A stretch of DNA of 64,000 bases, taken from assembly GCA_002712005.1 (NCBI GenBank), contig PASP01000003.1, positions 59,383-123,382 on the forward strand, read 5' to 3'. Shown here in pieces: positions 1 through 9,094 of the stretch. Under the pieces are notes generated by a model. That model was not told where the DNA came from. It did no database searches and was given only the letters and a program-made list of their open reading frames with translations. Source of the stretch: Halobacteriovoraceae bacterium. Lineage in GTDB: Bacteria; Bdellovibrionota; Bacteriovoracia; Bacteriovoracales; Bacteriovoracaceae. The first letter of the stretch is position 1, and each line of letters begins with the position of its first letter. The position numbers were made by a program, and so were the translations under genes.

Positions 1-1249
1 CATTTACTTTTTCTTGATCATTTACTTCAAACGCAAAACAAAGTCCCATGGCCCTTGGACGAGAAATATATTGATCGTAATCCTTAGTCAGTTTGTGTAG
101 CTCTTTTCGGGCAATTTCTTCTTTTTCTAATATATTTGCTTGAAGTTGATCAAGACCTAGAGCATGAATATAACCTCTAATTACCGAAGCCACTTGAAAT
201 TGTTGTTCTGAGTAATTCAGTTGTGGTGGATTGTTCGTTCTATCAAAGATGACGAGACCCACTTGAGCTTTTTTTGCACAAACAATATAGTCTGGAGCTA
301 TTTGTTTATTTTTAGAATCTTTTAATTCAAATTGTTGATGCCAAAAGAATTCTCTACCCAGATGAAATCCTGTTTGAACTTCGTCGTAAATAACCTTTAC
401 TCCAAATTGTTTGGCCATAAGTAATAAGGCCGTGTGGAATCGATCAGAACTGTAACGATCTCCACCTTCACACTGCATAGGCTCAATCAGTAGAGTAAAG
501 ATTTCTCCTTTTAAAAATTCATCACGTATGGCCCATAGTGATTTTACTTCCTCTTTGAGTTCTTTATCTAGGCTATTATCTAACCAGCTTTGCTGAGGCT
601 TTGCTGTAGGATCAAGAAAATCTCCGCTTTCCCAGTAGCTAAGCCAATGATCAGGAAATTCACGTCTTATTTGATCATCGTTAATTTCTGGATATTTTAC
701 AAAAGTTGTTTCATGGCCCTGCCATTGAAAAGGCTCTCTTTTTACTGGGTTCCAAGTTGAATATAGGGAAAGGAGCATCCTTCCATGAAAGGAACCTTCA
801 AAGGCCATTATTTTATTGGCCTTTTTATGGGCCCTTTGGGCATAAGCGAGTCCAATCGCTAACTCATTGGCCTCGGCTCCTGAATTAGTAATATTGATTT
901 CTATTTTCTGTCGTTTAAGTTTTCTTTCAAAGAAATGTCGATATGAATCTAAGAGTTCAAGAAAGCTTGAATCATAAGGATTATTTGTCCAAGCGGCTTT
1001 ATGGTGTGAAGTACCAAAGAAAGTTGAAGGATTAAAACCATGTCCAAGGGTTGCAATTTGAGAAGCTGCATCTAAGAGATAGTGAGCTTCTCCTTGGTCG
1101 CTTTCAACAGCGAGATATGGACCTTCCCCAAAAGATAATTTTGTAAGGTAGGGTTTCTTCTCTGCTGGAATCAAACCCTCATCATAGAATTTTTTAAGTA
1201 TAGAGCTAGCGTGACTTTCATCGTTCTTATTTATTATTTTCTTTGTCAT
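1..1249 (-). CDS. Class-III PLP-dependent aminotransferase, lysine 6-aminotransferase-like. The 3' end runs off the left edge of the window.
   Basis: Absent from the ORF track because it is open to the window edge. My translation of the minus strand from ATG 1249..1247 is stop-free to position 2 (MTKKIINKNDESH...MAFEGSFHGR...YDEVQTGFHLGREFFWHQQF...PDYIVCAKKAQVG...AFEVNDQEKVN). DEVQTG and the AKK-QVG lysine region are class-III/LAT-type signatures. Confidence 0.8.
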   Translation of the reverse strand, partial: MTKKIINKNDESHASSILKKFYDEGLIPAEKKPYLTKLSFGEGPYLAVESDQGEAHYLLDAASQIATLGHGFNPSTFFGTSHHKAAWTNNPYDSSFLELLDSYRHFFERKLKRQKIEINITNSGAEANELAIGLAYAQRAHKKANKIMAFEGSFHGRMLLSLYSTWNPVKREPFQWQGHETTFVKYPEINDDQIRREFPDHWLSYWESGDFLDPTAKPQQSWLDNSLDKELKEEVKSLWAIRDEFLKGEIFTLLIEPMQCEGGDRYSSDRFHTALLLMAKQFGVKVIYDEVQTGFHLGREFFWHQQFELKDSKNKQIAPDYIVCAKKAQVGLVIFDRTNNPPQLNYSEQQFQVASVIRGYIHALGLDQLQANILEKEEIARKELHKLTKDYDQYISRPRAMGLCFAFEVNDQEKVN

Positions 1250-1266
1250 ATTGGGGCCTTTGTAAA

Positions 1267-2268
1267 TTATTTAATGCTAGTTAAAATTCTATCTTTTAAG
1301 AAGTCCCCATATTTAATTCCATGGTTTTCCATCATCATGGGGAACATTGAGATCGGGGTATGTCCTGGAAAAGTATTTATTTCGTTAATATATATTTCAT
1401 TATTCTCTGTAAGAAAGAAATCTATACGGGCTAAGTCTTTTAAGTTAAGACCTTTAAAGGCTTTTATCGCCATTTCTTGTATCTTCTCTTTTATTTCCTT
1501 ACTCAGACCAGGAGCCTCAACTAAGGTCTTTGTTTTACCTGACGAACTATACTTTTCTTCGTAGCTATAGAATTGACTAGGACAGCTTATTTCTCCAGGA
1601 AATGTCCCTATAATCTCTCCTTTAAATTCAAAAACGGAAACTTCAAGTTCTCTGGCCTTCATTGTTTTTTCTACTAGCGCGTAGGAAGAATAACTTAAGG
1701 CCTTGGATAAGATATCATCAATCTGATCAACTTTGGTTACGTGGTAACAGCCTACACTGGAGCCTTGGTTGGATGCTTTTATGAAGATATCTTCGTTGGC
1801 CTCTTTGAAAAATTGCTCAATTCTCTCTCTTTCTTCAGCTGTATTTTCATAGCAAAATAGGGAAGGGCTATTTGCAATACCTAGAGCAGAGAGCCATAGC
1901 TTGGTTGTGACTTTATTCAAGCAATGGATACTTGCCTCTGAGCCTGCTCCTAAATAGGGAAGACCCATGAGTTCAAAGACGGATTGGATTTGACCATTTT
2001 CTCCAGGTGGCCCATGGATGCATGGAATCGCATAATCGAGTGTGATTGTTTCTTTTGTTTCCCGATTGAATATTTCACCTGCTTTTCGCAATTCACAGTC
2101 TTGCCCTTCTAGATTGGTCCTGCGGCCGTCTTTTTCGATGCAAAGGTAGTGAGGAGTAAGCTCTTCTATTTGTCTTAATTGATCCAAAAAATATTTAGCC
2201 GATATAATGGATATTTCATGTTCTGTTCCTCCACCACCACAGATGAGAAGAATATTTTTCTTAGGCAT
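1267..2268 (-). CDS. ddl: D-alanine--D-alanine ligase
   Basis: 333 aa. N-terminal ILLICGGGGTEHEISIISA, ATP-grasp core and C-terminal INEINTFPGHT are typical Ddl. AAGGAAG lies 7 nt upstream of the ATG. Confidence 0.95.
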   Translation of the reverse strand: MPKKNILLICGGGGTEHEISIISAKYFLDQLRQIEELTPHYLCIEKDGRRTNLEGQDCELRKAGEIFNRETKETITLDYAIPCIHGPPGENGQIQSVFELMGLPYLGAGSEASIHCLNKVTTKLWLSALGIANSPSLFCYENTAEERERIEQFFKEANEDIFIKASNQGSSVGCYHVTKVDQIDDILSKALSYSSYALVEKTMKARELEVSVFEFKGEIIGTFPGEISCPSQFYSYEEKYSSSGKTKTLVEAPGLSKEIKEKIQEMAIKAFKGLNLKDLARIDFFLTENNEIYINEINTFPGHTPISMFPMMMENHGIKYGDFLKDRILTSIK

Positions 2269-2450
2269 AGCAATCTTCCTTAAATATATTTGTTCTATTT
2301 TAACTATAGAATAGGAAAAGAGCTAATAGTGTTTAAGGGATATTAAGGTTCGTTGATGGAAAAAGTCAGACTTTAGTGAATCTTCGTCGTAAGGAGTGAG
2401 GACCACTTTGTAAAAGATTTTCTCTTAAAAAGTGGTCCTAATTTTTTTAT

Positions 2451-4199
2451 TTATCTAAGCTCAACTGGAACTTTTTCTTTGGCCAATTCAAGAAATTTTT
2501 CTTTCATTTCTTCAATACTGATGGAGGTACTGAATTTTGCACCATAGGAACGAATGGAGACACTTTGGTTTTCGATCTCTTTGTCCCCAATAACGAGCAT
2601 GAAAGGTACTTTTGCTTTTTGAGTTTGGCGAGTCTTATAACCCATGGACTCATTTCTATCGTCTAAGCGGACTCCGAAGCCAAGATCTTTTAATTCATTC
2701 TTTAATTGAGTCGCAAATTCTAAATGGTTATCATTTTTTACTGGAACAATTACCACTTGCTCAGGAGCAAGCCAGAACGGGAAAGCTCCCGCAACGTGCT
2801 CTATATAGACTCCAATGAATCTTTCTAAACTTCCCAAAAGGGCCCTGTGAATAACAACGGGTTGTGACTCATTTCCTTCGCGATTGACATATTTGAGGCC
2901 AAAACGTTCAGGTAATTGAAAGTCAAGTTGGATAGTTCCTAATTGATAATAACGATTAAGCGCATCAGCGATCTCTACATCGATTTTAGGACCGTAAAAT
3001 GCACCATCTCCTTCTTTGATGAAGAATTCATGGCCACTTTGTTTTAAAGCTTCTGTTAGAGCATTTTCAGCTTTATCCCAAGTTTCATCATCACCCGCTT
3101 TCTTCTCAGGTCGGGTTGATAGGTTTACCTTTATATTCTTAAAGCCAAAATGCTTGTAACAAACAAAGAACATTTCCATGAGCTTTTGGATTTCTTTTTG
3201 AATATCATCGAGCTCAAGGAAGATATGGGCATCGTCTTGGCAGAAGGTTCTTACTCTTGTTAGACCCGATACTGCTCCGGCCTTTTCATAGCGGTGAAGT
3301 CTTCCGAAGTCTGCGTAACGCATGGGAAGGTCTCTGTAACTATATTTATAATGTTTGAACATGAGCATGTGACAGGGACAGTTCATGGGTTTTGCCGCGT
3401 ATTCTCTTTCATCAATTTTTGAGAAATACATATTTTCTTTATAATGATCATAGTGACCTGAAGTATGCCATAGGTCTGAGTCTAGAATTTGAGGGGTAAT
3501 GACCTCTTGATAATCAAACTTTCTATAAACTCTTCTCATAAACTCTACGAGTTCGTTATAGATGATTGTTCCTTTGGGCATGAAGAAGGGTGAGCCTGGG
3601 GCAACATCCTCAAAATGGAAGAGTTCAAGTTCTTTACCTAATTTTCTATGGTCTCTCTTCTTCGCTTCTTCTAAGTTGTGAAGGTATTCTTTAAGTTCCT
3701 TCTTATCTTTGAAAGAGGCGGCATATACTCTTTGAAGCATTTGCCTTTTTTCATCCCCTCGCCAATAAGCACCTGCTACATGAAGAAGCTTGAAAGAAGG
3801 AGGGAGTTCACGAGTATTTTCAACGTGAGGACCACGACAAAGATCAATAAATTCACCTTGTTGATAGCAGCTGATTTCTTCATCGGCAGGAATATCTTTA
3901 ATCAACTCTACCTTTAGGGTTTGTCCCATATTATCGAAGAAGTCTACGGCTTCGTCTCTTTTCATGACTTTTCTTTCAATAGGAAGCTTTTCTTTGATGA
4001 TTTTTTTCATCTCAGCTTCAATATTCTTTAGATCATCCTCAGTGAGTCGATGTTCCATTTCAACATCGTAATAAAAGCCGGTATCGATAACCGGACCTAC
4101 ACCAAATTGAACATTGGCCTCTGGCCAAAGTCGATTAATGGCCTGGGCCATTAAGTGAGCAGAAGAGTGTCGGATAGTATCTAAATCGTAGTTCGCCAT
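2451..4199 (-). CDS. thrS: Threonine--tRNA ligase, short form without the N-terminal TGS domain
   Basis: RHSSAHLMAQA (HxxxH of the N2/editing domain), HRKLGKELELF, class-II core (PMNCPCH, LHRYEKAGAVSGLTRVRTFCQDDAH, GAFYGPKID, HRALLGSLERFIG) and an anticodon-binding domain. I chose ATG 4199 (MANYDL) because GGAG lies 10 nt upstream. The track ORF starts 15 codons earlier, at 4244. Confidence 0.95.
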   Translation of the reverse strand: MANYDLDTIRHSSAHLMAQAINRLWPEANVQFGVGPVIDTGFYYDVEMEHRLTEDDLKNIEAEMKKIIKEKLPIERKVMKRDEAVDFFDNMGQTLKVELIKDIPADEEISCYQQGEFIDLCRGPHVENTRELPPSFKLLHVAGAYWRGDEKRQMLQRVYAASFKDKKELKEYLHNLEEAKKRDHRKLGKELELFHFEDVAPGSPFFMPKGTIIYNELVEFMRRVYRKFDYQEVITPQILDSDLWHTSGHYDHYKENMYFSKIDEREYAAKPMNCPCHMLMFKHYKYSYRDLPMRYADFGRLHRYEKAGAVSGLTRVRTFCQDDAHIFLELDDIQKEIQKLMEMFFVCYKHFGFKNIKVNLSTRPEKKAGDDETWDKAENALTEALKQSGHEFFIKEGDGAFYGPKIDVEIADALNRYYQLGTIQLDFQLPERFGLKYVNREGNESQPVVIHRALLGSLERFIGVYIEHVAGAFPFWLAPEQVVIVPVKNDNHLEFATQLKNELKDLGFGVRLDDRNESMGYKTRQTQKAKVPFMLVIGDKEIENQSVSIRSYGAKFSTSISIEEMKEKFLELAKEKVPVELR

Positions 4200-4441
4200 A
4201 GCGCTAGGCTCCAAGTTATCGAAATTTCGTGAAAATCGGCACAATACATTATCAATACTTTAGCGTGAAATCAACGTCCTATATAGTTTTTTGTGGCTAT
4301 TTTTTACACATTCTTTATAGATCTTTGACCAATTCTGATTTGACATGGTATGACACTAGGGTATTACCTGAAATCAGATATTTGCCAACTTGGTTTGAAA
4401 GGTAAAATAAAAGATTCTTTATTGGACAAAGGATATTTAAA

Positions 4442-5716
4442 ATGAATGAAACAATGAACCCAAATGCAAGTCAATCAGATGATCTCGATTGGGCATCCCT
4501 AGGCTACTTGGCCAATGATGATTTAGAGATTCCTGAAGATAAGCTTAATAAAAAAGATATTGGGCGTTCTTTCTATCAATTAGGAAAACTTTTTTACGAT
4601 AAGTCTGATCTTGTCCAAGCAGAGAAGAACTTTGTTAAAGCCTATCAATGTGCTGAAAGACCTCAGGATACTTTTTCAATATTAAAAATCTTAGGTTTTC
4701 TTATTCGAATAGCCTCTGAGAAATTGGAAGATGATAAAGCGAATACCTATATTAAAGAAGCAGAGTCTATTGTTGAAGCAGCTTCTGAAACTTTAGGAAG
4801 TTTAAATGCAGAGTACTTTTATAATGTTGGGCTAATCAACACTTATAAAGGAGACTTTGATCTTGCTCGCCAAAATTACGAATTTGCTTATAAGAAATCT
4901 AAAGAAGAAAATGAACCAGAGCTTTTGGCAAAAACTCTCTTGGCCTTGGCCCAGAATGGTTACAATCTAAAGAATTTTGAAAAATCTTTAGATTACTTAA
5001 ATCAGCTCAACCAGCTTTTAAAAATCATCAAAAAATACTATCTCTCAGGAGCGATGTTTCTTTTTTCTGCTAAGGTTTTTACAGAAATGGAAATGTATGA
5101 CAAAGCTCTTGAGCATTTTACTTTGGCCAACAAGGCCTTACAGGATAAGAAGTGTTGGAACTTATATGGGTACGTACTTCTAGGTAAGGGAATTGTTTAT
5201 AAGCGCTCAGGTAATTACGAAAAGGCATTGGCTTACTTTATGCTGGCCTTAGAATCTAATGATGGCTCAACTTTTAGAAGACTAAGTGAGCTTATTGAAA
5301 ATGAGATTGCTGATGTTAATGATAATTCAGTCGATCTCTATCTCGATCGGACCAATAGAAAAGTGAAAGAAAGATCTTTAGGAACAATTGATTTTAAACA
5401 TCGTTTTGTTCTTCTTGAGATTCTTTTTCTCTTGGCCAGAAACCCTGGTAGCTACTACGATAAAGAAGAGCTCGCTCAACAAATTTGGAAGGATGAATAC
5501 AATCCTCTTATTCACGATAAATTAATCTATACTTCAGTTAGTCGTTTAAGAAAGCTTATTGAGCCTAAGAATGATCGTGGAGATAAGAGAAAGTATATTA
5601 TACGTGGTAAGGATGGTTATACATTTAATCCTCAGGCCAATATTCGCTTTCACATGGAAAGCCGAAATGACCAACCTAGGTCTATTGGTAATATCGAGTT
5701 AAGTTCTCCAGTTTAA
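4442..5716 (+). CDS. TPR-repeat protein with a C-terminal OmpR/PhoB-type winged-helix DNA-binding domain and no receiver domain
   Basis: About 300 aa of TPR-like helical repeats (YYNVGLINTYKGDFDLARQNYEFAYK, GKGIVYKRSGNYEKALAYF). The C-terminus reads LLEILFLLARNPGSYYDKEELAQQIWKDEY...IYTSVSRLRKLIEP...YIIRGKDGYTF, the Trans_reg_C pattern. Confidence 0.75.
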   Translation: MNETMNPNASQSDDLDWASLGYLANDDLEIPEDKLNKKDIGRSFYQLGKLFYDKSDLVQAEKNFVKAYQCAERPQDTFSILKILGFLIRIASEKLEDDKANTYIKEAESIVEAASETLGSLNAEYFYNVGLINTYKGDFDLARQNYEFAYKKSKEENEPELLAKTLLALAQNGYNLKNFEKSLDYLNQLNQLLKIIKKYYLSGAMFLFSAKVFTEMEMYDKALEHFTLANKALQDKKCWNLYGYVLLGKGIVYKRSGNYEKALAYFMLALESNDGSTFRRLSELIENEIADVNDNSVDLYLDRTNRKVKERSLGTIDFKHRFVLLEILFLLARNPGSYYDKEELAQQIWKDEYNPLIHDKLIYTSVSRLRKLIEPKNDRGDKRKYIIRGKDGYTFNPQANIRFHMESRNDQPRSIGNIELSSPV

Positions 5717-5730
5717 TAAAAGATAGGAAA

Positions 5731-6423
5731 ATGAATAAAGCTCAGTATAATGGCTTTATGAAAAGAATTTTCCTATTATTACTTTTATCAATGAGCTTCA
5801 TTTCTATTGGGTTTGAAGTTATGGCCCAGCCAACTGAGGAAGTTGATAAAAGCAAAACTGAGGACGAATTACCAAGTTTAAAAGATATGGCCCTTGTCCG
5901 TTTAGGAGGGCAAGTCTATTTCCTCAAAGATATTGAAGATCTCCAAGTTTCCTTTAAGGCCTTAAGTTGTATCCACAAAAATTCTTATATAGAAAAATTT
6001 TTAATGGCTTCTCCGGGGCCCTTAGTTTCTGAGAGCTGGGCAAAAGCTTCTCAAGTTCAAGCCTTACCTGATCAATTGAAAGCTTTTATTCTGATTGAGA
6101 AATTGAAACTCTCTTCTATCAGCTCTTCTTATACTCGTCTTGATGATCGCGACTTAGTGAAACTATCTAGGGATTGTGCTCGTTTAAAATGGGCAGAGTT
6201 AAGTTCAGATGAGAAATCTTTATTCATTTCTGAGATTTATTTAAGGCAGCGTTTTTCTAGCTCAAAGAATTTAGAACTTTCTTTAGATGAATTTGTGAAA
6301 AGCTTGAATATTCAACATTCCCATGAACTCTTGAGAATAAGACCTTCTCGCTTAAGTAAGAAACTTCTGGAGAAGCTAAGTCGAGGGCCAGTTAATCATG
6401 ATCAAGATCAAAACGCTGAATAA
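5731..6423 (+). CDS. Hypothetical exported protein
   Basis: 230-aa ORF with AGGAAA upstream of the ATG. A hydrophobic signal-like segment (IFLLLLLSMSFISIGFEVMA) follows a short N-region. No domain recognised. Confidence 0.6.
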   Translation: MNKAQYNGFMKRIFLLLLLSMSFISIGFEVMAQPTEEVDKSKTEDELPSLKDMALVRLGGQVYFLKDIEDLQVSFKALSCIHKNSYIEKFLMASPGPLVSESWAKASQVQALPDQLKAFILIEKLKLSSISSSYTRLDDRDLVKLSRDCARLKWAELSSDEKSLFISEIYLRQRFSSSKNLELSLDEFVKSLNIQHSHELLRIRPSRLSKKLLEKLSRGPVNHDQDQNAE

Positions 6424-6451
6424 TATCCCCATGTCAGAGCTACTTCTATAA

Positions 6452-6943
6452 ATGAATACAAAATATAATATCATTTCCCAAAAGAGAATTTTGGCCAATC
6501 CTAAACTCTTAGAGCAATGTGAGCAGCTCGATTTCACTTACTTTCCAAGGCCATGGAAGAAGGGTGAGCTCGCTAAATTTGCGGCTACAAGGAAAGAAGA
6601 CTTGTTTATAAGGGGCATCAGTGATGACCTAGATCGAGTGATCGGTTTTATTTTTGGTGTAAATGATCCTTTTCTTCAACAATTTCATCTGTATAAGATA
6701 ATGATTCATCCAGATTATCGAGGAAAGTCACTCTCTTTATCCTTAATGAAACACGCCTATAATGAGCTAGTGCGCCAAGGAATCCTCAATATTTATTTAG
6801 AAGTTGAAGTGGATAATGATGTGGCCATTCGACTTTATGAGCGGGTGGGTCTAGATAAGGTGCATCGAGTCAAGTCTTTCTATAGTGACGGTAAGGATGC
6901 TCATATAATGACTGGCGTTATAAATCATAATTTATTTGATTGA
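6452..6943 (+). CDS. GNAT family N-acetyltransferase, RimI-like
   Basis: HLYKIMIHPDYRGKSLSLSLMKHAYNELVRQGILNIYLEVEVDNDVAIRLYERVGL matches the acetyl-CoA binding core of RimI-type GNATs. Confidence 0.8.
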   Translation: MNTKYNIISQKRILANPKLLEQCEQLDFTYFPRPWKKGELAKFAATRKEDLFIRGISDDLDRVIGFIFGVNDPFLQQFHLYKIMIHPDYRGKSLSLSLMKHAYNELVRQGILNIYLEVEVDNDVAIRLYERVGLDKVHRVKSFYSDGKDAHIMTGVINHNLFD

Positions 6944-7017
6944 ATATACATTGCACTTTGGCGAAGTTTTTGATAAAAATACAATGTCTCAATGACATAA
7001 ATACTCGATTTTAAGTA

Positions 7018-7051
7018 GGGTGGATTTTTTTAATTTCCGCCCTTTTTTTTT
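7018..7051 (+). terminator. Rho-independent terminator after the GNAT gene
   Basis: Stem GGGTGGA (7018-7024) pairs with TCCGCCC (7036-7042) with one G-U pair, followed by a 9-T run (7043-7051). Confidence 0.7.
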
Positions 7052-7091
7052 ATAGGGGTTGTATTTGCAATTAGTTAAAGAACGTCAAGGA

Positions 7092-7625
7092 ATGGAAAAG
7101 CGATTCTTTGAATTATGTTCCCAGCTGGTAAAAGAGCATGGACTTTCTCTCTATGGTTTGGACTACCGTCCTGGTCAACAACTATTGTGCCTCTATATTG
7201 AAAATCCTGAAACGAAGACAGCTGTTCTTGAAGATTGTGTTCTCATTGATAGGGCCATGACTCCTTTTGTAGAAGAGGAAGAGTGGATGCCAAGTGAGCT
7301 AACTTTAGAAGTTTCAAGTCCAGGTGTTTATCGCGATATCTTTGAAGCTCGTCAATTTGGTGAACTCGTAGGAGAAAGAATTTCTTTTTCTCTTACTCCT
7401 AAAATTGATGACTCCATGATTCTTGCAACAGGTGACTCTAAAGCTCTAAAGAAGTGGATGGGTCAGAAAAAGGTTATTGGTTACCTTATTGAATTCAATG
7501 AGGGAGAAGAGCAAATTATTATTTCTCCTGAACTCGAGAGCTCAATAAAAGTGGCCATCAAAGTAGAAGATATTAAGAAGGCCAATGTAGAACCGGCCTG
7601 GGAAGATATAAAAGAAAATGGATAG
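7092..7625 (+). CDS. rimP: Ribosome maturation factor RimP
   Basis: Lies immediately upstream of nusA (conserved synteny) and contains EVSSPGVYRDIF (RimP SSPG motif). I prefer ATG 7092, preceded by AAGGA. The track ORF starts at TTG 7059. Confidence 0.85.
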   Translation: MEKRFFELCSQLVKEHGLSLYGLDYRPGQQLLCLYIENPETKTAVLEDCVLIDRAMTPFVEEEEWMPSELTLEVSSPGVYRDIFEARQFGELVGERISFSLTPKIDDSMILATGDSKALKKWMGQKKVIGYLIEFNEGEEQIIISPELESSIKVAIKVEDIKKANVEPAWEDIKENG

Positions 7626-7648
7626 TTATTATATAAAAGTGAGGAAAT

Positions 7649-9061
7649 ATGAACTTTTCTGAAATTGGTAGAGTGATTGAAGCCCTTGGCAAAGATCGTG
7701 GTATCGATAGAGATATTGTGATCAAGGCAGTTGAGCAAGCCTTTCTTGTTACGGCCAGAAAGAAGTATGGAATTCAAGGGGAGTACGAGACTCGTTACAA
7801 TCCAGAAGAAGATTCGATTGAAATTTATCAATACAAGAATGTAGTTGATGAAGTTCGTGACTCTATTGTTGAAATTAATCTAAAAGAAGCTCATGAATTA
7901 GATGAGGAAGCAGAGATTGGTGATCAACTTGGTATCAGAATCGAGAATCCTAATTTTACACGTGTTGATGTGCAAACAGCTCGTCAAATTATTTTCCAAA
8001 AAGTACGTGATGCGGAAAGAGAGATTCTTTTTGCTGAATATAAAGACAAGGTTGGAGAATTGATTACGGGTATCGCTCGTCGCTATGAAAGAGGAAATAT
8101 TATTGTTGATCTTGGAAAAGCGGATGCTGTTCTTTCAAGAAGGGAAGTGATTCCTGGAGAGTCATTCAAAACGGGTGATAGAATTCAAGCTTTCTTATCT
8201 GATGTGGTTATGACTAACCGTGGGCCAGAAATCAGACTTTCTCGTACTTCTCCTATGTTTCTTGTGAAACTTTTTGAAGTAGAAGTTCCTGAAATTCAAG
8301 ATGGAACGATTGTAATTAAGTCTGCTGCTCGTGAGCCTGGGCAAAGAGCTAAGATTGCTGTTATTTCTGCTGATAAAGATATTGATCCAGTAGGAGCTTG
8401 TGTGGGAATGAAAGGTTCTCGTGTACAGAATGTTGTCAATGAGCTTCAAGGTGAGAAAATAGATATTGTAAAATGGTCAGATGATCTTGATACATTCGCG
8501 AGAGCTGCTCTTGCTCCAGCTGAAATTGGAAATATCATGATTGATCATGAAGAAAAGCAGTTGGATGTTGTTGTTGAAGAAGATCAACTAAGTCTTGCTA
8601 TTGGTCGTCGTGGTCAAAACGTTAGACTTGCAGCAATGCTTTCTGGATATAAAGTTAATATTATTTCTAAGTCTAAACTCCAAGAGAAAATTCAAAAGTC
8701 AGTTGAGAACTTACTTCAAATTGATGGTATCACGGATGCAAGAGCTCAAGTTCTTGTTCAAGGTGGGGTTACAGCTCTGGGTGACTTAACTGTAATGGAT
8801 GTAGAAACTTTAGTTGGTCTTCTCGAAGTAGAAGAGTCTGAAGCTCAATCTATTATCGATAATACAATGAAGGCCATTGATGCAGGTGAAATCAATCTAC
8901 AGCCTGAAGAAGAAGAAGAGCTTGTTTCTGCTTCTGCGACTCCACAGTATGTTGGAATTCTCGCAGGTGACGGTGAGCACACTGATGAAGAAGGTGCTGA
9001 TAAGTTTAGTGATGCAGAAAGAAGACTAAGAGAAGAATTAGCAGCATTTAAATTAAAATAA
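7649..9061 (+). CDS. nusA: Transcription termination/antitermination factor NusA
   Basis: 470 aa with an N-terminal domain, S1 domain, two KH domains (GACVGMKGSRVQNVVNELQGEKIDIV; LAIGRRGQNVRLAAMLSGYKVNI) and a C-terminal HhH/acidic region. GAGGAAA RBS. Confidence 0.97.
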   Translation: MNFSEIGRVIEALGKDRGIDRDIVIKAVEQAFLVTARKKYGIQGEYETRYNPEEDSIEIYQYKNVVDEVRDSIVEINLKEAHELDEEAEIGDQLGIRIENPNFTRVDVQTARQIIFQKVRDAEREILFAEYKDKVGELITGIARRYERGNIIVDLGKADAVLSRREVIPGESFKTGDRIQAFLSDVVMTNRGPEIRLSRTSPMFLVKLFEVEVPEIQDGTIVIKSAAREPGQRAKIAVISADKDIDPVGACVGMKGSRVQNVVNELQGEKIDIVKWSDDLDTFARAALAPAEIGNIMIDHEEKQLDVVVEEDQLSLAIGRRGQNVRLAAMLSGYKVNIISKSKLQEKIQKSVENLLQIDGITDARAQVLVQGGVTALGDLTVMDVETLVGLLEVEESEAQSIIDNTMKAIDAGEINLQPEEEEELVSASATPQYVGILAGDGEHTDEEGADKFSDAERRLREELAAFKLK

Positions 9062-9094
9062 CTTTACGATAATCGTAAGTAATATGAGGTAACA

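Noticed and set aside
2399-2449. Perfect 11-bp inverted repeat (AGGACCACTTT...AAAGTGGTCCT) followed by a T-run on the plus strand, between thrS and ddl.
   Set aside because: Both flanking genes are on the minus strand. In that orientation the hairpin is followed by CACTCCTTACG, not a U-tract, and the loop is 19 nt. It is not a canonical terminator for the transcripts that cross it. It could still be an RNA processing or stability element.
4334-4378. 8-bp inverted repeat (TCTGATTT...AAATCAGA) with inner GGTA/TACC pairing in the thrS 5' region, considered as a thrS autoregulatory operator or T-box-like leader.
   Set aside because: It is too short and AT-rich to distinguish from chance. I could identify no T-box specifier or terminator architecture, and no tRNA-Thr anticodon-arm mimic.
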